Positions 43,136 to 52,263 of a DNA stretch of 64,000 nt are shown piece by piece. Source of the stretch: a virus. How positions within the stretch are numbered: position 1 is the first letter of the stretch; every line of letters begins with the position of its first letter. The DNA lies in IMG/VR virus record IMGVR_UViG_3300004463_000262, positions 1 to 64,000 of that record. One strand, written 5' to 3'. Under the pieces are notes generated by a model. That model ran no database searches. It worked only from the letters and a program-made list of their open reading frames with translations, and was not told the DNA's origin. The translations under genes and the position numbers were made by a program.

Positions 43136-43842
43136 TGGACAGTAAAAAGCTACGTAAGACTATGACCGCAGGGCATGGAGCCATCCTTGTCCCTCACATT
43201 GAGGCATATCAACAGAAAGCTAAGTTTCCTACCGAATGGAGTATCACTATTCGCAATGAGAAGAAGGATGATGGTCATTTCCACCCGTCGTCTCACTGTT
43301 TCATGCCCGTTCGCGATCTTTGGCTTGATCGTCAAGGCAGATTAGCAAAGAGGCCGATCTCTCCTGCGTTGCGGAGGACGTTTGATATCGGTCACATGAT
43401 CCATGGCTATCTTCAGTCCATTCTACTTGATATGGGACTAGTTAGAGAAGAGAACATCGAGCGCTACATCAAACAGATGATCTTTGGTGCTCATGGCAAG
43501 TGCATCGGCGCTGGCACTGGAGATCTCATAGATGTTGCGATCCCTGGTCATGGCAACTGGTTAGTTGACATCAAAACCATGGGGAAGACAGAGTTTGAAC
43601 AGGGGGCTAGAGAAGATACCCTGAAGAAGTGGAATGCTCAAGTGAATTGCTATATGGATTGGTTTCAAACTACCAAGGCATTGGTGCTGGCGTTCAGTAA
43701 GGATTCTCCGCATGACATGAGGGAGTATCAGATCACCAGAGATGGTACACTGTTAATGGAAGTCTATAATCGATGGTCTTATGTGCAGCATTGCATAGAC
43801 GAAGGGATTGAGCCGAGTGAGGACACCCTACTACGGGAATAG
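43135..43842 (+). CDS. Cas4-like/PD-(D/E)XK exonuclease
   Basis: FHPSS, FDIGHMIH, GTGD...LVDIKT, QVNCYM. Confidence 0.8.
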   Translation: MDSKKLRKTMTAGHGAILVPHIEAYQQKAKFPTEWSITIRNEKKDDGHFHPSSHCFMPVRDLWLDRQGRLAKRPISPALRRTFDIGHMIHGYLQSILLDMGLVREENIERYIKQMIFGAHGKCIGAGTGDLIDVAIPGHGNWLVDIKTMGKTEFEQGAREDTLKKWNAQVNCYMDWFQTTKALVLAFSKDSPHDMREYQITRDGTLLMEVYNRWSYVQHCIDEGIEPSEDTLLRE

Positions 43843-44233
43843 TCAGGTAAACCAAGGCTTCGGCGTGGGATCGACCATGAAATACTACGATCCTCACAGT
43901 TGGGGCTTGGACAAAGAAGAGTTACCAAGCGTAGATGACTTCGATCCTGAAGTGAAGTACACTCCCTGGGAATTAGATCGCTTTGCGGATGCGTATCTCT
44001 GGGAAGTGCATAAGACTAAGCCCTGTTGGCATGATCCTGTGGTTTTGATGCATGAACATTTGCATGAGCGCCACAAGCGAGAGGTTTATAACACAGAGGG
44101 CCGAGCGGATGCCAGAATCACCAAGGATCTATCTTCAGATCGGGAAACGATGTACTGGAGAAGCCATCCTAAGGGTCGTAAATTGTCTGATCTAAAGCAA
44201 AGGAAAAAGCATAAGGCTTCCTATTATCGTTAA
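43808..44233 (+). CDS. Hypothetical protein, paralog of 45457-45795
   Basis: Shared RTPY, EH, MYxRxHPxGRK and ASYYR motifs. Confidence 0.7.
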   Translation: MSRVRTPYYGNSQVNQGFGVGSTMKYYDPHSWGLDKEELPSVDDFDPEVKYTPWELDRFADAYLWEVHKTKPCWHDPVVLMHEHLHERHKREVYNTEGRADARITKDLSSDRETMYWRSHPKGRKLSDLKQRKKHKASYYR

Positions 44234-44290
44234 CCCCTAGAAAATAGCTCCAACAAGGAGCTTAATAAGTGGAAGACATTTTGACCAGGC

Positions 44291-44320
44291 TTGACAGTCT
44301 GGTTATATTTTTGCTATAAT
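44291..44320 (+). promoter_or_regulatory. Sigma70-type promoter
   Basis: TTGACA-18 nt-TATAAT with TG extension. Confidence 0.65.
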
Positions 44321-44345
44321 AAACCCATACGAGGTAAAATTGTAA

Positions 44346-44933
44346 GTGATAGTTGTGGGTATAGACGGCGGGATGGTGCGTCTAGGTTTAGCTGCCGTAG
44401 AAGGACATCCTAATAATCAGGTAGATCTTCTTTCGTATGATCTAATTGAAAACCCCAGAGGGGAAGAGAAGTACAATGCTTTTCTTGCCGCTGGCATCAC
44501 CCGTATCACCAATACATTTCCTCGATTCTTAGATCAGATTAGACCAGACTTCATTGTCTCTGAGACTATCCCGGTGGGCAAACTTGGCTCCAGTGATAGT
44601 CAGGTGGTCGCAGCGGTAACCACGTGTCGTGTGATAGCCATCCAATTTGGCATACCTTGGCATAATATCGCTGCGAATACGGTTAAAGTGATCAATACTT
44701 CTGATGGCCGAGCATCCAAGACATTGATTAGGAACACTATGCTCTATATGTTTCCTGAGATTGCTGAGGCTCATGCAAAAGCCAAGAAGGATCAGAAGAA
44801 AGCAGGACTAAAGAGACGACCAGGACTTGCGCAGGATTACTTTGATGCAATAGCTGTAGCTGTTGCAGGGTACCGGCAATTCCACATGGAGATAAATGAA
44901 ACAGAAGCGATGCAAGAAATGCAGAAAGCTTAA
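44346..44933 (+). CDS. RuvC-like resolvase
   Basis: VVGIDGG..RLGLA, PDFIVSE, ANTVK...GRASK, DYFDAIAVA. Confidence 0.8.
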   Translation: MIVVGIDGGMVRLGLAAVEGHPNNQVDLLSYDLIENPRGEEKYNAFLAAGITRITNTFPRFLDQIRPDFIVSETIPVGKLGSSDSQVVAAVTTCRVIAIQFGIPWHNIAANTVKVINTSDGRASKTLIRNTMLYMFPEIAEAHAKAKKDQKKAGLKRRPGLAQDYFDAIAVAVAGYRQFHMEINETEAMQEMQKA

Positions 44934-45426
44934 GCGAGAAACCCTTTTCTCTTTAGGAAAGGGAGGGCGGAACAATACTTGTCGATCATGTAACTATGAT
45001 GGACTAACCGCTACGGACAAACACAAGATATTGCGTGAAGCATATCGGAATTACCTTTCTTGGAAAGATCTACTTATCTACGGCGGCGGTAGTGATTCTC
45101 CAGTAAAGGATCGAGAGGCACTAGAAACAATCACTCATACAGTCCCGAAGGAACCGGGCAGTGAAGAGTACATTGAGATTTCGATCTCGTTCTATGATCT
45201 AGAACGGGCATTGAAGAGCTTCCAAGGCGAGATCCAGAGAGAAGGTACGGTTCTATCGAAGAGAAAGGAAGAAGCATTCTATCTCAATGTCATTCGTGAC
45301 ATGTTGCAGAGAGATGTGGCCCAGAAAATGGGCATCACTACGGTATCTGTGGGTCAATACGTGGATCAATCGATGTTGCAGTTGGTCAGTTATTACTTTG
45401 GTGAAGACAATGGTGCAACACTATAA
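44896..45426 (+). CDS. Zinc finger plus sigma-region-4-like HTH DNA-binding protein
   Basis: CKKC...CRSC; LSKRKEEAF...QRDVAQKMGITTVSVGQY. Confidence 0.65.
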   Translation: MKQKRCKKCRKLKRETLFSLGKGGRNNTCRSCNYDGLTATDKHKILREAYRNYLSWKDLLIYGGGSDSPVKDREALETITHTVPKEPGSEEYIEISISFYDLERALKSFQGEIQREGTVLSKRKEEAFYLNVIRDMLQRDVAQKMGITTVSVGQYVDQSMLQLVSYYFGEDNGATL

Positions 45427-45456
45427 TGTCCGCAATACGGACACGTAATAAATGAC

Positions 45457-45795
45457 ATGCCGAGAACACCTTACACCACAAGAAAAGAAGTCCTGGTAGA
45501 TCTACCAGAGTTCGATGCATCGCGCACTGATTACTCCGATATGGAGTTAACCATGTATGCTGATCAGATGTTGCGCGAGGCGGGTGCTACCGAAGAATGT
45601 CAATTCCTGTTCCAGGAGCACATCGATCCTCGATGGCGAAAAGAAGTCGCGCCTACTGAGGGTACACCGGATGCCGCCATTACATTTAGTCTCTCACCAG
45701 ATGGGCAGACGATGTATAATCGCCAGCATCCGCAAGGCCGCAAGGTGAATAGCGACCAGCAAAGAAAATCTAATGGGGCGTCTTATTACAGGTAA
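45457..45795 (+). CDS. Hypothetical protein, paralog of 43808-44233
   Basis: Shared motifs ending ASYYR. Confidence 0.7.
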   Translation: MPRTPYTTRKEVLVDLPEFDASRTDYSDMELTMYADQMLREAGATEECQFLFQEHIDPRWRKEVAPTEGTPDAAITFSLSPDGQTMYNRQHPQGRKVNSDQQRKSNGASYYR

Positions 45796-45823
45796 GTAGG
45801 GTGGGGAATAAGGAGAATAACCT

Positions 45824-46030
45824 ATGCCTTGTATGAAAGATTACGGGAAGACTTGGGATTATCAGAGAGGTTGTTATCCTCATGTCAGAATGGTGTTAGT
45901 CACAAGGGATGGCTATTCTAAGTTTGAGATGAAGGAAATGCCTCCACCGGAATTTTGTAAAGTGATTGTGGGCACGCATACTTTTGGTATAGACGAAAGA
46001 CGAATTAGATTTGTGAGGGAAGATGGCTAA
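45824..46030 (+). CDS. Hypothetical protein
   Basis: AAGGAG RBS. Confidence 0.55.
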   Translation: MPCMKDYGKTWDYQRGCYPHVRMVLVTRDGYSKFEMKEMPPPEFCKVIVGTHTFGIDERRIRFVREDG

Positions 46031-46622
46031 GAATTCGCTCGCTGTGATTGGAGAACAGTTGCCGCTCAAGACAGAGCCACGTTGTCTTGTGTGTCAGTCG
46101 GCTCATAGGACTACCATTGACAAGTTGCTGGCTCTTCAGTTCTCGTACAAGAGCGTGGCTGAAGAATTGATGACCCTTGATCCTGATTTCAAGGACAAGG
46201 ATTTAGACACAGTTAGAAAGAATGTCTCTCGCCACAGTCAGAATCATGTAGATATTCGGAGCAAGGCTATCCGTCGTCAGGTCGAGCAGCGTGCTAGAGA
46301 ACAAGGCATGCTCATTGATTCAGTCGAGGGAAAGATTACTTCAGGTCGTGCTCTTCTCGACACCCTGATTTCACAAGCGCAGGAACAACTTGCAAATCCT
46401 GACGCAAGGGTTAGATACGCAGACGCTATCGAGGCAGTCAAGCTCCTGGAAGATGTTCAAAAGGCAGAGTTCCAGACGCAGCTAGAGGTTCTTCAGCGTC
46501 AGGTTTGGGCAATCTCGGAGGCAGTTAGGAACAAGGTTCCCGCCGCGCTCCACCCAGCCATTGTAGAAGAGGCTCGTAGGCTGTTTGATAATGAGCCACT
46601 AGAGATTGAGAAGAAGAAATGA
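46023..46622 (+). CDS. Putative terminase small subunit
   Basis: CLVC...H...H zinc/HTH N-terminus, helical body, upstream of terminase large subunit (positional inference). Confidence 0.5.
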   Translation: MAKNSLAVIGEQLPLKTEPRCLVCQSAHRTTIDKLLALQFSYKSVAEELMTLDPDFKDKDLDTVRKNVSRHSQNHVDIRSKAIRRQVEQRAREQGMLIDSVEGKITSGRALLDTLISQAQEQLANPDARVRYADAIEAVKLLEDVQKAEFQTQLEVLQRQVWAISEAVRNKVPAALHPAIVEEARRLFDNEPLEIEKKK

Positions 46623-46927
46623 TAGATCTGCATGACTATGAAGCGGAGTTGATCATCTCCGCAGTGCAGATAGTTCAGCAGAAGTACGCACACAAAGAGG
46701 CAACCGGTGACAACCTGTTACGTCTTCATAATGAATTGGTTGATAGGCTAGAGGATCTAGGTTTTGGTGTTACCGTGGATGTCACGCCCTGTATGGCAGG
46801 AGAGTGGGCCACAGTTAGTATCGATTCCCGTCTAGATCCTGAGCCATTCGATGCTGAGAAGAAGAGATGGGAGGTTCAGCATCGAGACAGTCACCATCAG
46901 GCCGATCAGATTGAGGGATTGAGTTAA
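46619..46927 (+). CDS. Hypothetical protein
   Basis: ATGA overlap. Confidence 0.65.
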   Translation: MIDLHDYEAELIISAVQIVQQKYAHKEATGDNLLRLHNELVDRLEDLGFGVTVDVTPCMAGEWATVSIDSRLDPEPFDAEKKRWEVQHRDSHHQADQIEGLS

Positions 46928-46928
46928 T

Positions 46929-47180
46929 ATGGGCTACCCTATGACATGGAAGAGGGTTATCAATCGAAACGGTTTGGCTGATGGAGACTACATGTCTCCA
47001 CCAAAAAAGTATGCCAAACGAGTTAATATTGGTGACCTAGCTGGTGCTGATGATAGTGATGCGTTCTATAGACAGATGTGGCCTCATATCATTGAGAGAA
47101 TAAAGGAATATGAAAATTCGGCCCGTATGTTAGCGGGAGATATCCGTCGATTAGAGGAAGATACTCTTGATGAACAATGA
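46929..47180 (+). CDS. Hypothetical protein
   Basis: Packed ORF. Confidence 0.55.
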   Translation: MGYPMTWKRVINRNGLADGDYMSPPKKYAKRVNIGDLAGADDSDAFYRQMWPHIIERIKEYENSARMLAGDIRRLEEDTLDEQ

Positions 47181-47267
47181 ACAGGCTATTTGCTCTAGGA
47201 TTGTGCGTCAAACTGAGATAGATCCAGATGTTGTAGCTGCTGTGCTTAAAGCATACATGGAGATCTA

Positions 47268-49226
47268 ATGGCTCAAATACCCGATCTGATCGAGCAGTTT
47301 AGTGGCGCGATCATCAAGGAAAAGGTAGACATCATCACGTTTGCTGAGGATGTTAGGTTCCTTGGTCGCAGACTTTATCCACGCCAGCGTACTTTGCTGA
47401 AGATCATCTTCCTTATGGATCTGGACGACTACGATAAGGCTGTGATAGCTGAGTGGGAAGATCCAGATGGCGAGGTTACGCTCTGTCCGAAGGTCTATGA
47501 TCGGATTGATTACCTCAAGGATAAGGGTTATCCACACTTTCGTACCATCCAACTAGTCGGAGGACGACGTTCTTCTAAGGGTTATTTGACGGCTATCATC
47601 GTCGCCTACCAAGCCTACCTAGCCACACTACATGAGGATCTTCACAAGGAATACAACATCCCTTCTGGTAAGGAAATCTATTTCAACATCATCGCGGATT
47701 CTCTTGATCAGGCAAAGGCCCATCAGTTTTCAGACGCAGCCGATGCCGTCATGGATACAAAGCCCTTCCAGAAGCAGCGTTTGTACGGCAAGCTGCTAGC
47801 CGAGTCTCTAAGTATTAACACTCCAGGAGATAAGAGGCGAGTCCAGGAGTTGCGTGCCGCAGGGATGAAGATCGAGCGTGACATGGGATCGCTGATCGTC
47901 AAGGCTAATGGTACTAACTCGAAGACTATTCGAGGGTCGGCTAGTATGATCTTCATCTTCGATGAGATGGCCCATCTAGTAGCGGGCGAATCTCGCATGT
48001 CTGATGAAGAGCTATGGAAAGCTGCCGTCCCGTCAGTAAACCAGTTCCGTGAAGAAGGTATGATCTTCGCTAATTCTTCGCCCTACCAGAAGCTAGGCAA
48101 GTTCTATGAGCTTTACGAGCAGTCTATGAAGTTAGATCCTCCTGAGGATGGCAAGCCAGAATTCCCTGACCAGATTATGATTCAGTTCCCATCGTGGGCA
48201 TTGTATGAGGATTGGGAAAAGTATGACATGCCTATCCCTGCTGCATTGCCACCTGAAGAGGATTCAATCATGCGGTATGAAGAGCAGCGTGATCCTGTAG
48301 CATTCAAGGTGGAGAACCGAGCACAGTTTGCTGAAGTTGAAGACGCTTTCTTGCGTCCTGAGCTTGTAGATCGCATGTTCGATCCAGGTTTCAATGAATC
48401 TACCCTAGGTCATGAGGTTCGACCTACTGCTGGTGCCTCGGTTTGGGTCAAGTACAAGGGCCATGGCGACCCGGCATCCGTGGGAGCCAACTTTGGCCTT
48501 GCTATTGGCCACGTTGAAGAGATCATGAATGAAGACACAGAGATTCTAGAACCACATGTGGTCTTTGATTTCATTGATGCGTTTTATCCCGAAGACTTTA
48601 GAGATCCCGCATTCCCTGATCATCCAGGTACCATCGATTGGCTCGAAGTTATCCCTACTATTACTCAGTTGATCAATAACTTCCGTCCATTCGAGTGGAC
48701 GTTTGACCAGTTCGATTCCACCATGGCTATTCAGCAGCTTACAGAGAACCTGCGCAAAATGAATATCCAGGACACCATTGTCTATGAGAAGCCTGCATAT
48801 GCTAAGCTAAACCTTAGGCGAGCATACAATTTCCGTGCAGCATTAAACCTTGGCCGCGTTCACGCGCCACACCCCGAAACTTATAACCCGATAGCGACAA
48901 AGAACCCTATTGAGTTAGTGCGAAATGAACTTAAGTACCTTGTTGAGAAGAATGGCAAGGTAGATAAGCAGACTATTGGCCCCGTCAAGACGAAGGATAT
49001 TGCCGACTGTCTGATGGAGGTCACCGACGCATTGATTGGTGACTCTCTAGGATCAATCTATGATCTTGGTATGACCCCAGCCCTAGGTATGCAAGTCAAC
49101 CCTGTGGGTATGGTAATAGGCAATACTAACAGCTTCTCAGAACTACGAGAATGGTCTGATAGAAGAAGGATGGGTAAGCCTGTGAGGATGCCGGGACGTA
49201 GCATTGATCGCAGTAGGAAACACTAG
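47268..49226 (+). CDS. Terminase large subunit
   Basis: LYPRQ, GGRRSSKG Walker A, IFIFDEMAH Walker B, SSP, HGDP...DQF...KDIAD nuclease domain. Confidence 0.88.
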   Translation: MAQIPDLIEQFSGAIIKEKVDIITFAEDVRFLGRRLYPRQRTLLKIIFLMDLDDYDKAVIAEWEDPDGEVTLCPKVYDRIDYLKDKGYPHFRTIQLVGGRRSSKGYLTAIIVAYQAYLATLHEDLHKEYNIPSGKEIYFNIIADSLDQAKAHQFSDAADAVMDTKPFQKQRLYGKLLAESLSINTPGDKRRVQELRAAGMKIERDMGSLIVKANGTNSKTIRGSASMIFIFDEMAHLVAGESRMSDEELWKAAVPSVNQFREEGMIFANSSPYQKLGKFYELYEQSMKLDPPEDGKPEFPDQIMIQFPSWALYEDWEKYDMPIPAALPPEEDSIMRYEEQRDPVAFKVENRAQFAEVEDAFLRPELVDRMFDPGFNESTLGHEVRPTAGASVWVKYKGHGDPASVGANFGLAIGHVEEIMNEDTEILEPHVVFDFIDAFYPEDFRDPAFPDHPGTIDWLEVIPTITQLINNFRPFEWTFDQFDSTMAIQQLTENLRKMNIQDTIVYEKPAYAKLNLRRAYNFRAALNLGRVHAPHPETYNPIATKNPIELVRNELKYLVEKNGKVDKQTIGPVKTKDIADCLMEVTDALIGDSLGSIYDLGMTPALGMQVNPVGMVIGNTNSFSELREWSDRRRMGKPVRMPGRSIDRSRKH

Positions 49227-49276
49227 AGAATCGGCGTTACAATATTTGCTTGCACAGCAGGAGGGTAATTAGGGAG

Positions 49277-50176
49277 ATGATCATCGAAGAAGCGGGTAAA
49301 CTCTACCATATTGATGAAGAAACGGGCTTGGTCACCGAAGCTAGCATTATGGATGAAGAAACTGAATCCATTGTTGGTGAGTATAGGATCGGAGATCGTG
49401 TAGAAGTCCTAGGCCATGCGGGAGAGATCATTAGTATCATTCCGAGTATCTATGGCGCAGCCTATGGTGTCAAATTTGATGGCGGTGACGTAGATGAGTT
49501 CGGTGAGACACAGTTGAAGCGATCTTCTGTAGAAAAGAAGACGTATGAGTCACCGATCATGGAAGTCTTTGGTCGTTATGAAGACTACCAGGAGCTACCT
49601 ACCTATACAGAGGATGAGATTGAATCGAAGGAAGCTGAAGCACGATGGCTTAACCTTCAGGCTCGACAACTTCAAGAGGCTCATGCACAGCATGGTGTAA
49701 CTCGTGATCCTAAGCTTGATGAGATCGTCCTAACTACTTCTTCTGACATCAAGGACATCCAGGAGATCCGTACGAACGCAGGGCTAGAATCGAACCAGCG
49801 CTATCTCTCTTCTTTCAACAAGTATAAGCTGGCCGAAGAGATTGATTCAGGCGCGGTGATGGGTGGATCTGATGACGCATCGTGGCTTTACACTGAGACA
49901 GATGACCTAGAGACAGTTGAAACTACTGACACAGACCTAGCTGTACGAGCTACAGAGGTCGTGGCTTTCTTGTCTCGTGAGCAGCTTGAAGATGATGAGT
50001 TCATGCGTGTCGCTGGCGCTTATCAGTATGAGTATCTCCAGATGGATGAAGAACAGAGGGGCATGTTTGATCGATTGCTTGCTGATGCTCGCTCTGCCAG
50101 ACTGAAGGAACTTCCCACAGAGACTAAGACAGCTTCGACGTTCAATCTGGATGACGCTACGGATATCTATCTGTAA
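49277..50176 (+). CDS. Acidic head-module protein
   Basis: Lies between terminase and portal; GGGAG RBS before ATG 49277. Confidence 0.55.
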   Translation: MIIEEAGKLYHIDEETGLVTEASIMDEETESIVGEYRIGDRVEVLGHAGEIISIIPSIYGAAYGVKFDGGDVDEFGETQLKRSSVEKKTYESPIMEVFGRYEDYQELPTYTEDEIESKEAEARWLNLQARQLQEAHAQHGVTRDPKLDEIVLTTSSDIKDIQEIRTNAGLESNQRYLSSFNKYKLAEEIDSGAVMGGSDDASWLYTETDDLETVETTDTDLAVRATEVVAFLSREQLEDDEFMRVAGAYQYEYLQMDEEQRGMFDRLLADARSARLKELPTETKTASTFNLDDATDIYL

Positions 50177-50185
50177 GGGGGCATC

Positions 50186-51961
50186 ATGTATGACCTAACC
50201 GCTAGCGAGAAAGCTAACAAGATCGCTCTCTTGCTTGTACATGAGAGATATTCTAAGCAACTGGCACCCTTTGTAAAGAACAGCAAGACTCGTTACGACT
50301 ACGTGCAGGACACTGTAGCAAAGATCATTAATGAGATCTGTAAAGAGACTGGTGCGGATGTTGATTGGGTAACTGATCGTTTCTCCGCTCTTGATGCTGT
50401 GTTAGTTGACAACAAGAATGTTAAGCATGAAGAACTAGACTCTAAGCCTGATGGCCCCTACACTACTAACTCTGAGGCTACGATTGAAGGAATCAAGAGT
50501 ACTGATGTAGCTGATCGTGGTGATGTCCCTGGTGCTGGACGGGAAGAAGCTCTCAAGGCTGATGCTACTCAGGATCTCAACGAGGAAACTGCATCCGAGA
50601 CTGGTGAGACAGAGGTTGATAACAAGACTGCTGCATTATTGAAAGAGGCGATGACTTCTCGTGACTTTCGATTGATTGCGGGTATTCTTGCACAGACTGG
50701 TGCGGATCAGAACATGATCGAAGCTTTTGCTCAGGCATTGGGACAGACTAACCCGATGTTTGACTATGAACGATTCGTTGCAGCCGCACAAGGATCTCCA
50801 ATGAGTGGACGCGATGCTCCAGGTTACCGTCCTTACTCCTGCTTTCGATGCGGCGATGAGTTAGACGAGACTGTCAAAAACAGCAAGGTTTGTCTAAGCT
50901 GCAACCATGAATTGCTTAAGCTGGCTCTCCCTCAGCCCGATGGTACTGATGGTACGATGGGTATAGGTGCTGGCGCAGAAGGGCCAGGGGTTCAGGAGTT
51001 ACCCCAGCCGGTAAACCCTAATATCCCATACGCCTGCAAGATTTGCGGCGCTGAGGGTGAGCAAGAGGAAATTCTTGCGCACATTAACCGTGATCATGCG
51101 GACGTATTGCAACGTCAGCAGGAGATGTCTACTGACAATATGGGTCAGGACAACCTCGGTGTTACCGCCCCTTTAGCTAGTACTAAAGAGTTACCTGTCC
51201 CTCTTCAGGGCACATTGGGGTGGGAGAAATGGCCCTCGAATAATGAGTTGCTTCAGCGTGTTGCCGAGCTTCTTGAGACACATCCTGAGATAGCAACAGA
51301 GCTTGAAGCATTGATCCAGCAGCTAGGCATCACACCTACAGCTAAGACAGCAGATGTTCCTCAGCCAACAGATCAATCAGCAGAGGTTCAACCTCTTCCT
51401 GAAAACCCTGGAGATAGATTTGATGAATACGTGCAGCGCCTAGCGGAGACGGCAGCAGCACGTAAATTCTCACAGTTGACCGACGAGGATATTCATTCTA
51501 TCTCTAGCCAAATTGCTCAGTCTCCTGATGACATCAAGAATGCAATCAAGATCGTTGCAGTCTTTGGTGATCAAGTAGGAGTGAATGGTCAGCTAGGTGG
51601 AGATCCCTCAGCACCCGAAGGATACGAAGAGGTACCCGCGCAGGGATTAAGTGGTCAGCAGAATACACATGATGCGCTCGTGCCTACAGATTTGATTCTA
51701 CAACAGGTAGCTAGCGATCTAAACATGTCTCCTGATCTAGCCTACAACATGGTTAAGGATAAGTACGGAGCAGATCTCCCCGACAAGTATCATGCAAGTA
51801 TCAGTGGACAAGTCCACTACTATCTACCTTCTGGAATGGCTATGAATCAGCAGCAGCCGCAGAATCCAGAGGTCGGCCCTGCCGCGCCGCCTGCATCACA
51901 GCTTCAGCCAATGCAACAACCCATGCAGCAGCCGCAGAAGCCAATGCAACCCACGATGTAA
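50186..51961 (+). CDS. Large acidic head-module protein with zinc fingers
   Basis: CFRC...CLSC and CKIC...H...H; KTA segments; Gln/Pro-rich tail. Confidence 0.55.
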   Translation: MYDLTASEKANKIALLLVHERYSKQLAPFVKNSKTRYDYVQDTVAKIINEICKETGADVDWVTDRFSALDAVLVDNKNVKHEELDSKPDGPYTTNSEATIEGIKSTDVADRGDVPGAGREEALKADATQDLNEETASETGETEVDNKTAALLKEAMTSRDFRLIAGILAQTGADQNMIEAFAQALGQTNPMFDYERFVAAAQGSPMSGRDAPGYRPYSCFRCGDELDETVKNSKVCLSCNHELLKLALPQPDGTDGTMGIGAGAEGPGVQELPQPVNPNIPYACKICGAEGEQEEILAHINRDHADVLQRQQEMSTDNMGQDNLGVTAPLASTKELPVPLQGTLGWEKWPSNNELLQRVAELLETHPEIATELEALIQQLGITPTAKTADVPQPTDQSAEVQPLPENPGDRFDEYVQRLAETAAARKFSQLTDEDIHSISSQIAQSPDDIKNAIKIVAVFGDQVGVNGQLGGDPSAPEGYEEVPAQGLSGQQNTHDALVPTDLILQQVASDLNMSPDLAYNMVKDKYGADLPDKYHASISGQVHYYLPSGMAMNQQQPQNPEVGPAAPPASQLQPMQQPMQQPQKPMQPTM

Positions 51962-51978
51962 AACGAGGGCAACGAGAG

Positions 51979-52263
51979 TTGTCATTCAGCAATACAAGAA
52001 ACTATAAGAAGAGCTTGATCCCGAATCGTTGTGAGATTCCTGGTTGTGATTTCACAGCATTCGTGACTAGGCATCGCATCAAGCCAGGTAGGAAAGGTGG
52101 CAAATACATAGCCGGAAATGTTATAGGGCTTTGTCCTAACTGTCACATTCTAGCTGAACAAGGTGTGTTTTCACAATATGAATTGTTCCAGATCGTACAA
52201 TATAGATTACAACAAGAACAAGTTGGGGGATTAGATGGATCTATTGAAGCAGGGGGAGCTTGA
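51979..52263 (+). CDS. HNH endonuclease
   Basis: CEIPGC...HRIKPGRKGGKY..GNVIGLCPNCH. Confidence 0.8.
   Translation: MSFSNTRNYKKSLIPNRCEIPGCDFTAFVTRHRIKPGRKGGKYIAGNVIGLCPNCHILAEQGVFSQYELFQIVQYRLQQEQVGGLDGSIEAGGA

Noticed and set aside
27554-49226. Inteins or introns in RNR, DnaB, DnaE, RecA or terminase
   Set aside because: Lengths are normal or short and no intein splice-junction motifs were seen
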